DNA of 64,000 nt from the human T2T-CHM13v2.0 reference genome, Homo sapiens, in the NCBI RefSeq assembly GCF_009914755.1, contig NC_060944.1. One strand, written 5' to 3'. Position numbers and translations under genes: made by a program. Within the stretch, counting starts at the first letter, position 1. Every line of letters begins with the position of its first letter. Positions 23,406-43,785 of this stretch are shown one piece after another. Below the pieces are notes generated by a model. That model had not been told where the DNA came from and did no database searches. It was given only the letters and a program-made list of their open reading frames with translations.

Positions 23406-24130
23406 CCTCATTTAATTTTTCTCTATAGAGTCTAACATAATGTGTATTTACTTGCTTCTCTATTGTCTACCCACACCCCCCTCCAAGAGAACGTGAGTTC
23501 CTTGAAGGCAGAAACTTTTGTCTATTTTTTCTAGCCTCAGTATCTAGAAAAGTACCTAGCACACAGTGAGCACTTGAAAAATATTTGTTGAACAAATGAA
23601 TTAAAGAAAACTGCTAATTAAAGAAAACTGCTCCTTACTATAATTCGCAACACCTTCTGCTGAGGCATGCGACCTTTTCCTGAAGAAAGTGTTCTCTGGT
23701 GTGTTTTGGACCAGCTCCCTGCTAAAAAATATCTCTTGTCAGCCATCTGGAAAATGATAAAGTTGGATCCATACCTCCCACTATACACCAGGAAATAGTC
23801 CAAGCGGATCAAAGATTTATACATGGTAAAATGAAGCCATTCAAGTCCTAGAAAAAAGCCCCGTAGCATTCTGATGTCGCCTTGGAGTAGGAAAGCCTTT
23901 CTAGCTACGACTCAGTCTCCAGCAGCCATTAAAGAAAAAGATGGGCTGGGTGCAGTGGCTCACACCTGTCACCCCAGCCCTTTGGGAGGCCGAGGCAGGC
24001 CGATTGCTTGAGCTCAGGAGTTCGAGACCAACCTGGGCAACATAGCAAGACATCTCTACTCAAAGAAAAAAAAAAAAAGAAAGGAAGAAAGAAAGAAAAA
24101 GATGGATCAACTCAAAGTACATAAAAATAA

Positions 24131-24542
<412 letters not shown>

Positions 24543-24606
24543 CTAGGCAGAAACCCAGTGGGAAAATGGACATTCAGGCAGGCAGTTCACAGAAAAGGGG
24601 ACTATA

Positions 24607-25950
<1,344 letters not shown>

Positions 25951-26493
25951 TACAAATGGCCCTTAATCATATGAAAAAACATTAACTCTCTCTCAAATAT
26001 AACAAAAATATAAAATTATACCGAAAACCTATTTCTTCCATATCAGATTGGCAGACATCCCAAACCATAGCAAGACAACACTGGCAGGGTGGTGAGGTCA
26101 CAGGCACTCTCACACATCACAAACAATACAACCTCTGGGTAGGGTAATTAGGCTGTATCTATCAACATTATAAAAACCAGTAGCTTACATCATAATGGGC
26201 CAAACTTCCTGATATATTTTGAAAAAAACCCAAAACTCCTAGAAGTTAGGCAGAGAAAAAGACCAACACCCCAGTGGAAAAAGGGGCGTTAAAGCAGTTC
26301 ACAGAAGAAGGAACTACAAATGACCCTTAATTGTATGAAATTGTTAGCTCTAACCATTGCATTTCTGGGAATTTATCCCACAGATATATTTGCACCTATA
26401 TGAAATGACATATGTATATTACTCATTGTAGCATTCTCCATAGTAGCAAAATATTGGAAATAACGTTACTGCCTATCAATAGAAGACTGATAG

Positions 26494-26767
<274 letters not shown>

Positions 26768-27249
26768 TAGATGTACTATTAAAAGAAAAATGCATATACA
26801 CCTACTATGTACCCACAACACTTAAAATTTAAAATTAAAAAAAAGAAAAATGCAAAGTTCCAAACAGTATGTATAATATGCTATCTGCTAATTAAAATGC
26901 TAAAAGAAGAAGAAACAGTGGACAGCAAGAATACACACATTCATGTTTGCTTATATATGGGTAAAGAAACTCAGGAAAGTTACAGGAGGAGCTAATAACA
27001 GTGGTTAATTACAATGGTAGAGGAGAGGCTTGGCAGATAAGGGACTCGTTTGCAGATATGACTTTCCTTTGTGTACATTTCTATATATTATTTTACTTCT
27101 TCTGAAAATGCCACATAATTTGCAATAAATGATTCACTCCTTAGCTCCAAAAGCAAGTCCTTTATCAAAATGCAAATGTTCCAGAGGGATGTAGCCAGAT
27201 TCTGTGGACCGCCGTCTTTTTCACCCTTAAGAATCCGTCGCTATGATTT

Positions 27250-27628
27250 CTCTTCCTCTGCTTGGAGACCTTTAGAGAGCCAGCCTGCAGCTGCTCAGAG
27301 CATTGACTACTAAACAGCTCACAGTTGCTATTGCTGAAAATGCCCGGTGGTTATGCCTTGCCTGACCAGGGGTAGCCCACAGCTGATGACAGGCCCCCTT
27401 GCCTCAAGGTGGGACAACTTCGGTGGTGCCATTCATATCCAGAGCTGCCTGGAATCAGGCCGAGGCTGGACATCAGCCGACCCCGCATCTTTGCTGAGTT
27501 TATTCCTCTGCTGTACCTCCCTCGCTTCCCTCACCTCCTTCTTGGTTTCTCCTGAGAGCCTCCCTCAATAAATCACTTACCCCAGAATCCTTGTCTCAGA
27601 CTCCGCTTCTAGGACCCAACTTAAGACA
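27250..27628 (+). mobile_element. LTR16-like ERVL solo LTR
   Basis: Ends ctccctcaataaatcactt...aatccttgtctcagactccgcttctaggacccaacttaagaca. Confidence 0.6.
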
Positions 27629-28426
27629 TTCACAAAATAAATCACATTGATGGAAAACAGATCCCATTCTCCAAAATGAATAACCAGTAGGCACTTGTGA
27701 CTAGCACAAGCATCAGCATATCCACATGGTGCTAAACTAACACCAACCCAAAGCAGATAGTGCTGGGTGGACTCGGTACAAGTTAATAGCTCATGGGTCT
27801 CCATCCCCAACACCTTCAGACCCAAGGCTCCAGGGCTGCCAGCCTGAGAACCCTAAGTCATGATTTTGGGCACTTTGGCTGGATTTCCTAGCAACTGGCT
27901 GAGAGCAGGACAGGTAAACAGAGTTGGGAGGAGGAAGCAAAAAAGGCTAGAGTGGACATCAGTTGACTTTGCCTGCCATGGTAGAGACTTTCAGTCATCC
28001 ACCATAATCCATCCCCATTCTGCTGCACAGAAGTATTGTGGCTGAGACACCTGCTTTTCTCCACCCCTCTAGTTAATGTGACTAAATTCTCCCTATGGAA
28101 TGGGAATGGAAGGGCCATACCCAGGCCAGTGTCTTCAGGTAGGGGCTGTGACCCTTCCACACCTGTACCAGACACAATCATCATCTCACTGGGTTTTGCC
28201 AGCTTTCAGGTCTATGTGCTGAAAGCTGCTTACAGCTAACCTCTGCAGATTTTCCTGGCACAGGAGGCATGCTTGGCCAGTGCACAGGGCAAGTTGGAAG
28301 GGCCCTAATGTCAGCAGCCTTCAACCAATGATGGATGGAAAGTTGCAGACAGTGTCCTATGCATCTGCAGTGGGATAACTCTGAGACGTGTGCTGTACTG
28401 CCTCCTAGAGGGCCCAGGGTGATTAA

Positions 28427-29488
<1,062 letters not shown>

Positions 29489-31037
29489 CAGCCATGCCTT
29501 GTCTTAACTAGCATAGCCGCCCAACGTCCACTTCTTTTGGCCATGTTGTCCTGATTCTGCTGGAGAATCCCTTTCCCACTGCTCCCAGACCAGTGGTGTA
29601 GCTGACCTGCGCTCTCTCCACTCAATTCAGGGGAGGGAGGGGTTTAGGCCTGGGCTAAGAGAGCTGCACATTTCCCAGGGCACAGTGATTAGTTGAGGGT
29701 GGGTCCCAGAGCCAAATCTGCCCAAGATCTTAGCCTGAAAGAGAAACCCTCCTGCTGAGTGACTGCACTGTGAGGCAGAAGTCCAGAGCTGTGGGTGGCC
29801 ATCCAGCCTCCATTTGCGCCTGCCTGAGAAAGAAGCCACCATGGGGGAAATCGAGCTAAAAGACGGAGAGGGAGGTAAGAGAGGATGACATCACATAAGC
29901 ACCAGATCTGGCCACCCCTGAAACTGGAACAACCCTAAGCTTTACAGCTACTACATTCCCTTTTCTGCTGAAGTTGTTTTACACTGGGTTTCTGTCTCTT
30001 GCAACCAAGAGCTCTGTTAAATAAAAACCTGACCCTAAGGAGAACGTTAGCTGGTTCACAATTCCCTGTGCAAAACAGGCACAGGTCAGCTGCCCCAGCC
30101 TGTCGTTTGGATATTCCTTTCTAAGAACGCTCACTTTTGTTGTCTACATGACCCAGATAACCAAGGAGAAAGCAAATCAACCGCCTTCCAGCGGCGCCTT
30201 CCTTGGCAGCAAGTGCTAAGAGAGAACACAATGTGAGTACTCTGCCCTCTGGAGTCAGGGTTGATCCTCAGCACTTGCTGTCCTGGGAGGCTGCACCTGT
30301 GACACTTGAGTGCCAGGTTCAACCCCTACTGCTGCTGCTGCTGCCTGAATGGGGCCATTTAGACTGTTGAGTGCTACAGCCTCAGCCCAGGAACCCGGAG
30401 CTTCACATGAGGCAGAGCAGGGCCCCAGGGTCCCTGAAACTTGCCAGTTCAAACAGCAGAGGGGTGAGGACTCCCCAGTCAGCCCTGGTCTCATACCTGC
30501 CTCTGCATGGTCCCAGTCCAGCCTGAGGCCTTTGCTTTCTTTTTTGAAGGGAAGGTGAGGAGAGAGGGGGAAAATAGAGGTGTTCTGACTAGACTTAGGA
30601 TTCCTGGCCTCTGCCTCTGACCGCCAGAGGACAGCCTCTGCAGTTGCCTCATCTACTCATGAAAACAGGCCTGTGACCCCAGGGGTGCTCTGAGGATTCT
30701 TCCAGAAAACATCTGCCCAGCTAGGACTACCTAGCTCACTGCCCAAAAAGGGTTCATTTCCTTTCCTTCTGAAACAAAAGCGCTTAATTGGAAGAGAAGC
30801 ATTGACTCAAGCTATAGGATATGCCACTTAAAATGTCCAGATCTTGGCACAAGGCCTGGCGCACAGTGTGGGAGAGAAGGAGAGAAGAAGGTGGAAGGAA
30901 AGGAGGGAGGGGAAAGGGAAGGGAGGAAGCAGGGAGGGAGAAAATAAGACAAGGGCCTCCTCATCTGGATGCTTCCCTAGACCAAGAAGTGGCCCAGGTG
31001 GTGCCCAGGGGACAGGGAGTGGGCAATAAAAGACAAT

Positions 31038-32478
31038 GGGGTGTAGGTGATAGGGTGTAGGTGATCAGGGTATAGGTGATCAGGATGTAGGTGATGGGGT
31101 GTAGATGACTGGGGTATAGATGATTGAAGTGTAGGTGATGGGGTATAGATGATCAAGGTGTAGGTGATGGGGTATAGATGATTGAGGTGTAGGTGATGGG
31201 GTGTAGGTGATGGGGGTCAAGGTGATCAAGGTGTAGGTGATGGGGTGTTGGTGATTGGGGTGTAGGTGATCAGGGTGTAAGTGATGGGGTATAGGTGGTG
31301 GGGTGTAGATGATCGGGGTGTAGGTGATGGGTATAGGTGATGGGGTATAGATGATCAGGTTGTAGGTGATCGGGGTATAGGTGATCAGGTTGTAGGTGAT
31401 GGGGTGTAGATGATTGGGATATAGATGATCGAGATGTAGGTGATGGGTTATAGATGATCAAGGTGTAGGTGATGGGGTATAGATGATTGAGGTGTAGGTG
31501 ATGGGGTATAGATGATCGAGGTGTAGGTGATGGGGTATAGATGATTGAGGTGTAGGTGATGGGGGTCAAGGTGATCAAGGTGTTGGTGATGGGGTGTTGG
31601 TGATCGGGGTGTAAGTGATGAGGTATAGGTGGTGGGGTGTAGATGATTGGGGTGTAGGTGATGGGGTGTAGGTGACGGGTATAGGTGATGGGGTATAGAT
31701 GATCAGGGTGTAGGTGATTGGGGTATAGGTGAGCAGGGTGTAAGTGAAGGGGTATAGGTGGTGGGGTGTAGATGATCAGGTGTAGGTGACTGGGGTTTGG
31801 GTGATGGGGTGTAGGTGATGGGGTATAGATGATTGAGGTATAGGTGATGGGGGTCAAGGTGATCAAGGTGTAGGTGATGGGGTGTTGGTGATTGGGGTGT
31901 AGGTGATCAGGGTGTAAGTGATGAGGTATAGGTGATGCAGTGTAGGTGATCAGGGTATAGGTGATGAGGTGTAGGTGATGGAGTGTAGATGATTGAGGTG
32001 TAGGTGATGGGGTATAGGTGATTGGGGTGTAGGCAATGGGGTGTAGGTGATCGGGGTCAAGGTGATAGAGGTGTAGGTGATGGGGTGTTGGTGATTGGGG
32101 TGTAGGTGATCAGGGTGTAGGTGATGGGGTATAGGTGATTGGGGTGTAGGCAATGGGGTGTAGGTGATTGGGGTCAAGGAGATAGAGGTGTAGGTGATGG
32201 GGTGTTGGTGATTGGGGTGTAGGTGATCAGGGTGTAGGTGATTGGGGTGTAGGTGATCGGGGTGTAGGTGACCAGGGTATAGGTGATCAGGGTGTAGGTG
32301 ATCAGGGTGTAGGTGATGGGATGTAGGTGATCAGGGTCAAGGTGACTGAGGTGTAGGTGATGGGATGTTGGCAACCAGGGTGTAGGTGATCAGGATGTAG
32401 GTGATGGGGTGTAGACGATCAGGGTGTAGGTGATGGGCTGTTGCTGACCAGGGTGTAGGTGATCAGGGTGTAGGTGAT
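31038..32478 (+). repeat. G-rich minisatellite, 14-15 bp unit GGGGTGTAGGTGAT(C/T), roughly 95-100 units
   Basis: Read directly; variants include GGGGTATAGATGAT and GGTCAAGGTGAT. Unit count is estimated from length. Confidence 0.97.
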
Positions 32479-32937
32479 CCGAACTTCCTACTCAATTCAG
32501 GCAACAGCTCCCAGCCTGAGGCAAATACCCCCCGAGGCAGTCAGGGTCTCACCTCCCATGGCTCTGACGCAGGCCTCCAAGGTGAGGAGATGGAGGTAGC
32601 AGAGGTCACTTCACTCAGCTGTCACACACCCTGAGGGAACTCCTGTCACTGTTATCCCACCTGCAAGTGAGGAGCCAGCATTTCTCATGCTCCAGGGTTG
32701 GCCACAGAGCCCATTCAAGGGAGGGAGAAGAGCCTTCGGCCAGCGCATCCTAACCGCAGAAAGCCAAGACCTCTGCAGAAAAAGAGACCAGGCCCATAAA
32801 AAGAGATCCATGAGTTGAGTTCCCTGCCATGCCACCCCCAGGCATCTCTGCCCACCAGCCTGCATGAGCCAGCCCCTCAGTGCAGGTTTTTCCAATTGGC
32901 CGTTTGTTCTTCCACCCAACACTCAAGATTTGCTTCT

Positions 32938-33153
32938 CAGCCTGGACAACATAGCAAAACCCCATCTCTACAAAAAATACAAAAATTAGCTGGGCATAGT
33001 GGCACACACCTATAGTCCCAGCTACTCGGGAGGCTGAAGTGGGAAGATTACCTGAGCCTGGGAGGTCAAGGTTGCAGTGAGCCATGATCATGCCACTGTA
33101 CTCCAGCCTGGGTGACAGAGTGAGAACTTGTCTCAAAAACAAAAAAAGAGAGG
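32938..33153 (+). mobile_element. 5'-truncated Alu
   Basis: TSD aagat(t/c)tgcttct at 32925-32937 and 33154-33166. Confidence 0.9.
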
Positions 33154-33289
33154 AAGATCTGCTTCTTCAAACCCACACAACTAATATAAAGTAATCAACC
33201 TCCCCACCTCAATAACCTGAAGTTAAACATCACACAATAAGCCCTGAACAGAGAGCTGTAGGTCAATGTTCCATTTTGCTTTTAAAAGC

Positions 33290-33745
33290 TTCACAAGAAC
33301 ATTTCATTTATTAAAATAGTTTCTGTAAACTCTTTCAGAATAACAAAATTCACTTGCCTTGCTTAAACAGCATTTCAAGTAGAAGTATTTTTATTTCAAG
33401 GCACCATAAAATGATGATCTCTCTAAGAAATACCTCTCCTTCCGTGTGTGAAAATCCTTGGGGGAAAAAAAATCCCACACGGTGTTCTTGGCCATCAGGA
33501 TCATGAAAACAAACTTTGGTGAATGTGAGCAACTGCGCCAGACAGGACACAGGTTACAGGGCCTGACGTCACTAACGGTAACTGACAATCTTGGAATGGA
33601 CCCTACTGCTGATGTTTCAAAAGGACACAGAGGTGAACTGGTCACTTCTAATTAAGAAGAGCCAGTGGGGTGGGGGAAGCTGAAAACCAAAAATCCACGT
33701 AGACATACGTGGCAGTGTGAACGTCTGTCCTCCCCTTCCTTCTCC
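33290..33745 (-). other. OVOL2: OVOL2 3' UTR
   Basis: Repeat-free sequence between the TGA and the poly(A) signals; the exact end is inferred. Confidence 0.8.
33307..33312 (-). terminator. OVOL2: OVOL2 poly(A) signal AATAAA (second candidate at 33390-33395)
   Basis: tttatt on the plus strand ~435 nt and ~350 nt past the stop codon. Confidence 0.75.
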
Positions 33746-34062
33746 TCACTTCCTCTCCTCCTCCTCACTCAGGCTGGTATTCTCCTGGTGTGCGGATGTC
33801 AGCTTGCCCTGCAGAAGGGCTGCCAGTTTTTTAGATGTCTTTTTGAGAAACGAGCTGCCCGGATGGGCACTGTTCACGTGCAGGTACAGGTCCTCCTGGG
33901 TGGGGCCCGTGTAGCCGCAATCCTCGCAGACGTAGAGCTTGTCCCGCCGCTGCTTATAGGCATACTGCTGCTGCACCCCATGGATTTTCTTCAGGTGGGA
34001 CTCCAGAGAGCAGCGCTGGGTGAAGGCTTTATTGCAGACGTTGCATTTGTAGGGACGAATGC
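33746..34062 (-). CDS. OVOL2: OVOL2 terminal coding exon (exon 4): C2H2 fingers 3-4 and C-terminus
   Basis: (G)IRPYKCNVCNKAFTQRCSLESHLKKIH...YVCEDCGYTGPTQEDLYLHVNSAH...SEEEERK*; acceptor ccttgcAG at 34064-34063; phase 1 matches the exon 3 donor; TGA at 33748-33746. Confidence 0.97.
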
Positions 34063-34380
34063 CTGCAAGGATGAGGGACAGACACAGCATCGGTTGGTCA
34101 TGGCCAAGCCAGAACCACCCAACTATGAAGCCAGTAAAAGTCATGCCATGACCAAGGATTCATGGCAGCATGAGGACAATGGTTACAGCAGGAGAGAAAA
34201 CTGTCTACAAAAAATCATAGCATCCACCTGAGTAAACCTAACACAAACAGATGCCAACATAGAAAACAAACAAACAAACAAACAAACAAAACCACCACCT
34301 GCTTTAGGGAGGAAGATTTTTATTCTTCCAACTCACATACCTTAATGTTTTCATATTATTGTGAGCAAAGTAAACTTTTA

Positions 34381-35788
<1,408 letters not shown>

Positions 35789-36011
35789 CAGGAATCTATT
35801 TTTAACAAACGTCGCTGGATATTCCAGTGTTCAACTTGGCTTTCAAGAGCCACAGGTTAGGGTCTTTAAGATTCTGGTTGTGGTCTTGCCTGAGGTCAGG
35901 TAAGGTAGTGGCAGGGCAGAGACCTCAGAGCACACCCAGCTCAGTACCCTACACTGGCGAAGGTCACCCCTTGAGCCAGTGGCTGAATAGGAGGCTCACA
36001 CTCAAAAAGAA

Positions 36012-36220
36012 GGATGGGACTTAAAGGTGGAACAACAGACGCTGGGGACTACCAGAGGGCGGACAGAGGGAGGGGCCAAGGGCTGAGAAACTCCCCATTG
36101 GGTACTACGCGCACTACCTGGGTGACGGGATCATCTGGACCTCAAATCTCAGCATCATGCAATGTACCCATATAAACAAACCTGCACATGCACCCCCTGA
36201 ATCTAAAATCAAAGTTGAAT
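36012..36220 (+). mobile_element. Primate L1 (L1PB/old L1PA) 3' UTR fragment
   Basis: aacaacagacgctggggactacc...attgggtactacgcgcactacctgggtgacgggatc...aacaaacctgcacatgcaccccctgaatctaaaat. Confidence 0.75.
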
Positions 36221-36338
36221 TTTTTTTTTTTAAGGTTGAGACTGGTATGTGACAGAAGCAAGCACACTAAGCAGAATCTCACATGACAGATTCTAGGAAA
36301 TTCCCGTAGGTCATATCAGCAAGTTTTATTGGGCTTTA

Positions 36339-39110
<2,772 letters not shown>

Positions 39111-40466
39111 ACCAACCCTCACCAATCAAGGTTAAGAAAGTTTTAAGGCAATATTTTAAAAATCAAAATATCGAATGAATGGATGAACTCTGTTGGTTCC
39201 AGGAAAGAAAGGCCACATCTTTGGGACTAGTTTTCCACATAGGCAAGGACTACAGACTCCTCTCCTAAGGAATGCGCCCGCTCTAGCTTTCATGTTTGCA
39301 CTGTAATGCAGACTTTGTGTTTTCCCGGCCTTCTGGGCCCATGCAGCAGCGAGCAGCTGGCTCCCCCTACCCAGTAGATCAAGCGGCAAACCCGATTTCC
39401 AACCTTCAGCTCATCAGAGCAGAAATCCACCCAGAGATTAGTTGCTCCTTTCACTAGTTAGTAGAAATAACCGACTACTGTTTTAAAACATCCAAACTAA
39501 AAATATGGGGAAGCTGGCACACTTAACATCAGGCTTTAACCTGGATGCAACAAACTCCTGGAGGTTCCCATCCTCAAAGGTGATCTGCCCCCGAGGAGAG
39601 GCCAGCCAGGCCACCACTCAGCCCCATGTGCACAGGGCCACATCTCCTTCCTCTCTTCAGTCAACACAGCCTCTGAGCATCTTCTATGAGCAGAGTACCC
39701 AGCAAGGCCTGGATAGCAAACGCTAGAAGATTCCAAAGCCCTGCATCATGCAAACAAGAGAGATGATGGCAGTGGGGGCTTTTTTTCCAGGGAGTGGGTA
39801 GAATTAGAGCCTGGCTTGGAAGAGGAGTGACTCGCAGACAGAGATGGAAAGGAGACATAGGCCCAGAAAGCTCCAGTTATGGCACTTCTGACTTTTGCCA
39901 AATGCACTGCTCTGTGCCCCAGCACTTCTGCTTCCCCATTTGCTAGTGTAAACGCCACCATTCACCCCTCATTCACTGGTGCGGGCACTGCCATGCGGCA
40001 GCCCCTTGGTGACCCTTTCTAGGCTTGGGAACAAGCACCTCCCTCCCAGAGCACCCCCATCACCCACACATTCAGGGGGACGTGGGTGGCCAGAGAGGAG
40101 CCCTGGGCAAGACGGACTGATGCCAAGGCCCCTCCCACCACTGAGGCTCACCCATCTTGGTGCTCTCACGCAAAGGCCAACCGTGCCTGTGTCTAAAGCA
40201 GGACATGGGAACTGAAGAGCACCACCCATGCGCTAGACGTCATTAACCTACTGACACCCACACGACTGTGAGTCCAAGGCCACCGAAGAGCCAGGCTGCG
40301 GATCTGCTGCTTATTAACTGAAACGGGGGCGGCTGCTCCAGCCCGAAAGGCCGTTTCCTCACCTGTCACAGGGGTGTCATAGCTCTTGCATGGCTGCTGT
40401 GAGGATTAGCCGAGATAGACTAAGTTCTCAATGGGATACAGCTCAACATAATGCAGATAAGCCTCA

Positions 40467-40787
<321 letters not shown>

Positions 40788-41302
40788 TTACTTATTTCAC
40801 AACAAAAGGAAAGGATAATTTTTTAAAATGTGGCTGGTGGAGGAGAGGGGGGACTGCTTTCGCCGTCTGCCCTTTTGAATTTTGTACCATCAGCCTGTCC
40901 TACCTAGTCCGAAAAATATTGTTTATTGGGTTATCAAAAAGGGTTTGTTGTTTTCCATTTTTTTACCCCTAATAGCAAATCAAGCTTCGTGCCATACATC
41001 CTCAAGGAAAATTCTACACTTTGGAACTTTCTAGTTGCTTTCCTTGCTATAGCTCAACTGCTCCTTTACTGAACTTTATCCGAAGGTGAACTTCAGCGAG
41101 AAGATTTTTACAGGCATGCTTGTGGGAGTGGACATTTACGGCAGCCTCCCCGGAAGGCAATTTGGCAATGGCCATAAAAAAAAATCACACTGTATCTACC
41201 CTTTGGCCCAGCAATTTCACATCAGGGAAATTATCCTACAGGAAGACTCACACAGGGAGGCGAAGGATATACAAGATATACTCATGGTAGGATTGCCTGA
41301 AA

Positions 41303-41528
41303 TGAAAGAAAGGAAAGAAGGAAGGAAAGAAGAAAGGAAGGAAGCGAGGAAGAAGGGAAGGAAAGAAGAGAGAGAAAGAAAGAGAAAGAAAGAAAGGAAA
41401 GGAAAGGAAGGAAGGAAGGAGAGAGAGAGAGAAAGAAAGAGAGAAAGAAAGAAAGGAAAGAAAAGAAAAGAAAAAAGAAGGAAGGGAAGGAGGAAGGAAG
41501 GAAGGAAGGGAGGAAGGAAGGAAGGAAA
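41303..41528 (+). repeat. Polypurine (GAAA/GGAA/GA)n tract
   Basis: ~225 nt almost entirely A and G. Confidence 0.95.
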
Positions 41529-41585
41529 TCTGCAAATGGAAACAAATGTCATCAATTGAGGAATAGGAAAAGTACAGTCCCTTGA

Positions 41586-41855
<270 letters not shown>

Positions 41856-43732
41856 TGATCAGCCCGCCTCGGCCTCCCAAAGTGCGGGGATTACAGGTGT
41901 GAGCCACCGCACCTAGCTCCAAGATATATATTATGTGAAAAAGCAATATACATTAAAAACTTTTGGGAAAAAAATTAAATGGTGGAACTGGGGCTTGGCA
42001 TGTGAAGGGAGTTTACATTTTTTTCTTTCCTTTTATCTCCTAATGAACATATTACCTTTTTAGCTAAAAAGTAAATTAAGATAAAATACAAATTAAAAAT
42101 AAAACAATGAAGCGAGGGTTTGTTAACTGGACCAGGCAATTCCGCATGACAGCATTCAGGCCACTAGGGGTGGAGGTGACTTGACTCTTTCTTCTCCATC
42201 TGGCCCACTCCAAACATCTCCCAATCTGCATTTTTCCCAATCTAGTCAATCCTTCCCTTTGGGCTCCAAACAAAGACACCATTGTTTTCTCTTCTTTAAT
42301 CAAGATGGGATTTGTGTGCCTTCTCCTCCCTCTGAATGTAGGCCCCGATGGAAGATAAGGACAGAAGGCGCCCTAGAGGGTGGGGCCGGTGCCCCCTCCC
42401 CACCTCCCTGACCTCAGAATTGGAATTCCTCGGCTTCACCCTGTGGAACTCAGCAGCTTCCCCAGGAATGGCATGAGCCCTGAACTGCCTCCTTTATTCC
42501 AGCCAGCGTTGTTAAGTTATAACCAGCATGGGTTTATGACCTCCCTGGGCCACGTGGCTCCCTGCAAAGCCTTAGCTGGGAGCCCCACGGATGTGTGTGC
42601 CCTTCTCACCTGTTTATGGCCCTTTACGCTGTCTTCTCTGCAGCTTTTTATATTGTCTGAAATCTTTTACAGAATACTTAGTCATTTTACAAATGAGCAA
42701 AATAAAACACTTTCCATAAACGCGGGACTTAAATGATGGGCCTGGCACATCGGGCACTTCCGAAGCAATAGTCTGCATTTCCTGCATGCTCGCTCCTGGG
42801 GACTCTGGCACTGCCGGTCCACTGACCACCCTTTGAGTAGGGAGGGTGTGGACACTCAGTGCAGAGTCTTGTGCTTGCAAGGGCTGGTTATTATTTTTTC
42901 CTCTAAAATAAAGATCTCCTCCCTCTCCTCCCAAACCAAATCGTTTACTTCAACAGAGAACCATTCTTAGGAAGCATCCTAGCCTGTTCAACCTAAAACA
43001 CTTAAATAAATCCGAAAGAATGTCCTATAAATACTATATATATCCTATAAATATAAAGGCCCATGTTTTTCACAGGCTATGAACTGAATACACATTCATT
43101 TCCTGGAAGCTCATGTCCCCTCTCTCTATTTTGAGCTGGTCAGCAGGCAGAATTTCCCATGTTGTCCTCAGTGATCCTGTCAACTTCACTGAAGTACAGC
43201 AAGTCCCTCAATTATATAGTGGCTGCTGCTGGCTTCCCATCCAGACCGCTTTTCTGGGTCAGTGCATGTCCCCAGCTGTCGTGTGGCTTCTGGCTGTCCC
43301 CTTCTTTAAGGAATCAGCACTGGGCAAGTGACCTTCCAGATGCTCAGGAGTGTCTCCCTGACCTCGCCCAGGGCAGACACAGCCCTCAGCCAACGTCAGA
43401 CTGAAATGGGGGTAAAAAAGTCCCTGCCCCCACCTTGCCTGTAGCAGATCCATCCTGGAGTCCATTCACACTCCTGATCCCCCCTGGGATGAGGTCGAGG
43501 CTGCACTCCAGCTAACAGCAAAACCCATGCTCATCCTCTGCCCTCACAGGCTCCACTTGACAGCCCTCCCTCAATAAACCATTTGATGGGAAGCCGCTTC
43601 CAAACCCCACCTAAGATAATTTGGATTGAAAATAGCCACTTGTTTTCACAAAATATTACAGAGTTTTTCTGCACAGGTCAGTTTCTCTCTTCCAGTCTTC
43701 AGTAGGACACCATTTAACTAACACTCCCTTCC

Positions 43733-43733
43733 C

Positions 43734-43784
<51 letters not shown>

Positions 43785-43785
43785 C
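43733..43785 (+). repeat. (CT)n(CA)n microsatellite
   Basis: Read directly from the sequence. Confidence 0.95.

Larger units (their letters stand above)
20380..23602 (+). mobile_element. Fragmented L2 (~20380-20915, 22506-22560, 23410-23602) hosting later insertions
   Basis: L2-like ccaatccatcagcaaatcc...atttctcacc... and the L2 tail gcacacagtgagcacttgaaaaatatttgttgaacaaatgaat. Confidence 0.6.

Noticed and set aside
31270-32374. His/Pro/Thr-rich ORFs up to 198 aa
   Set aside because: Translations of the VNTR strand that is poor in stop codons.
31038-32478. Possible CRISPR-like or telomere-like array
   Set aside because: No unique spacers and no TTAGGG units; it is an ordinary eukaryotic minisatellite in structure.
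34063-34144. N-terminal extension of the 132-aa ORF (MTFTGFIVGW...)
   Set aside because: Lies beyond the AG acceptor; it is intronic read-through, and the real frame comes from exon 3.
33665-34231. 188-aa plus-strand ORF
   Set aside because: Antisense shadow of OVOL2 exon 4, starting at GTG, with no independent support.
42159-42176. GGCCACTAGGGGTGG CTCF-like string
   Set aside because: Lacks the conserved GGC 3' part of the core; too weak to call.
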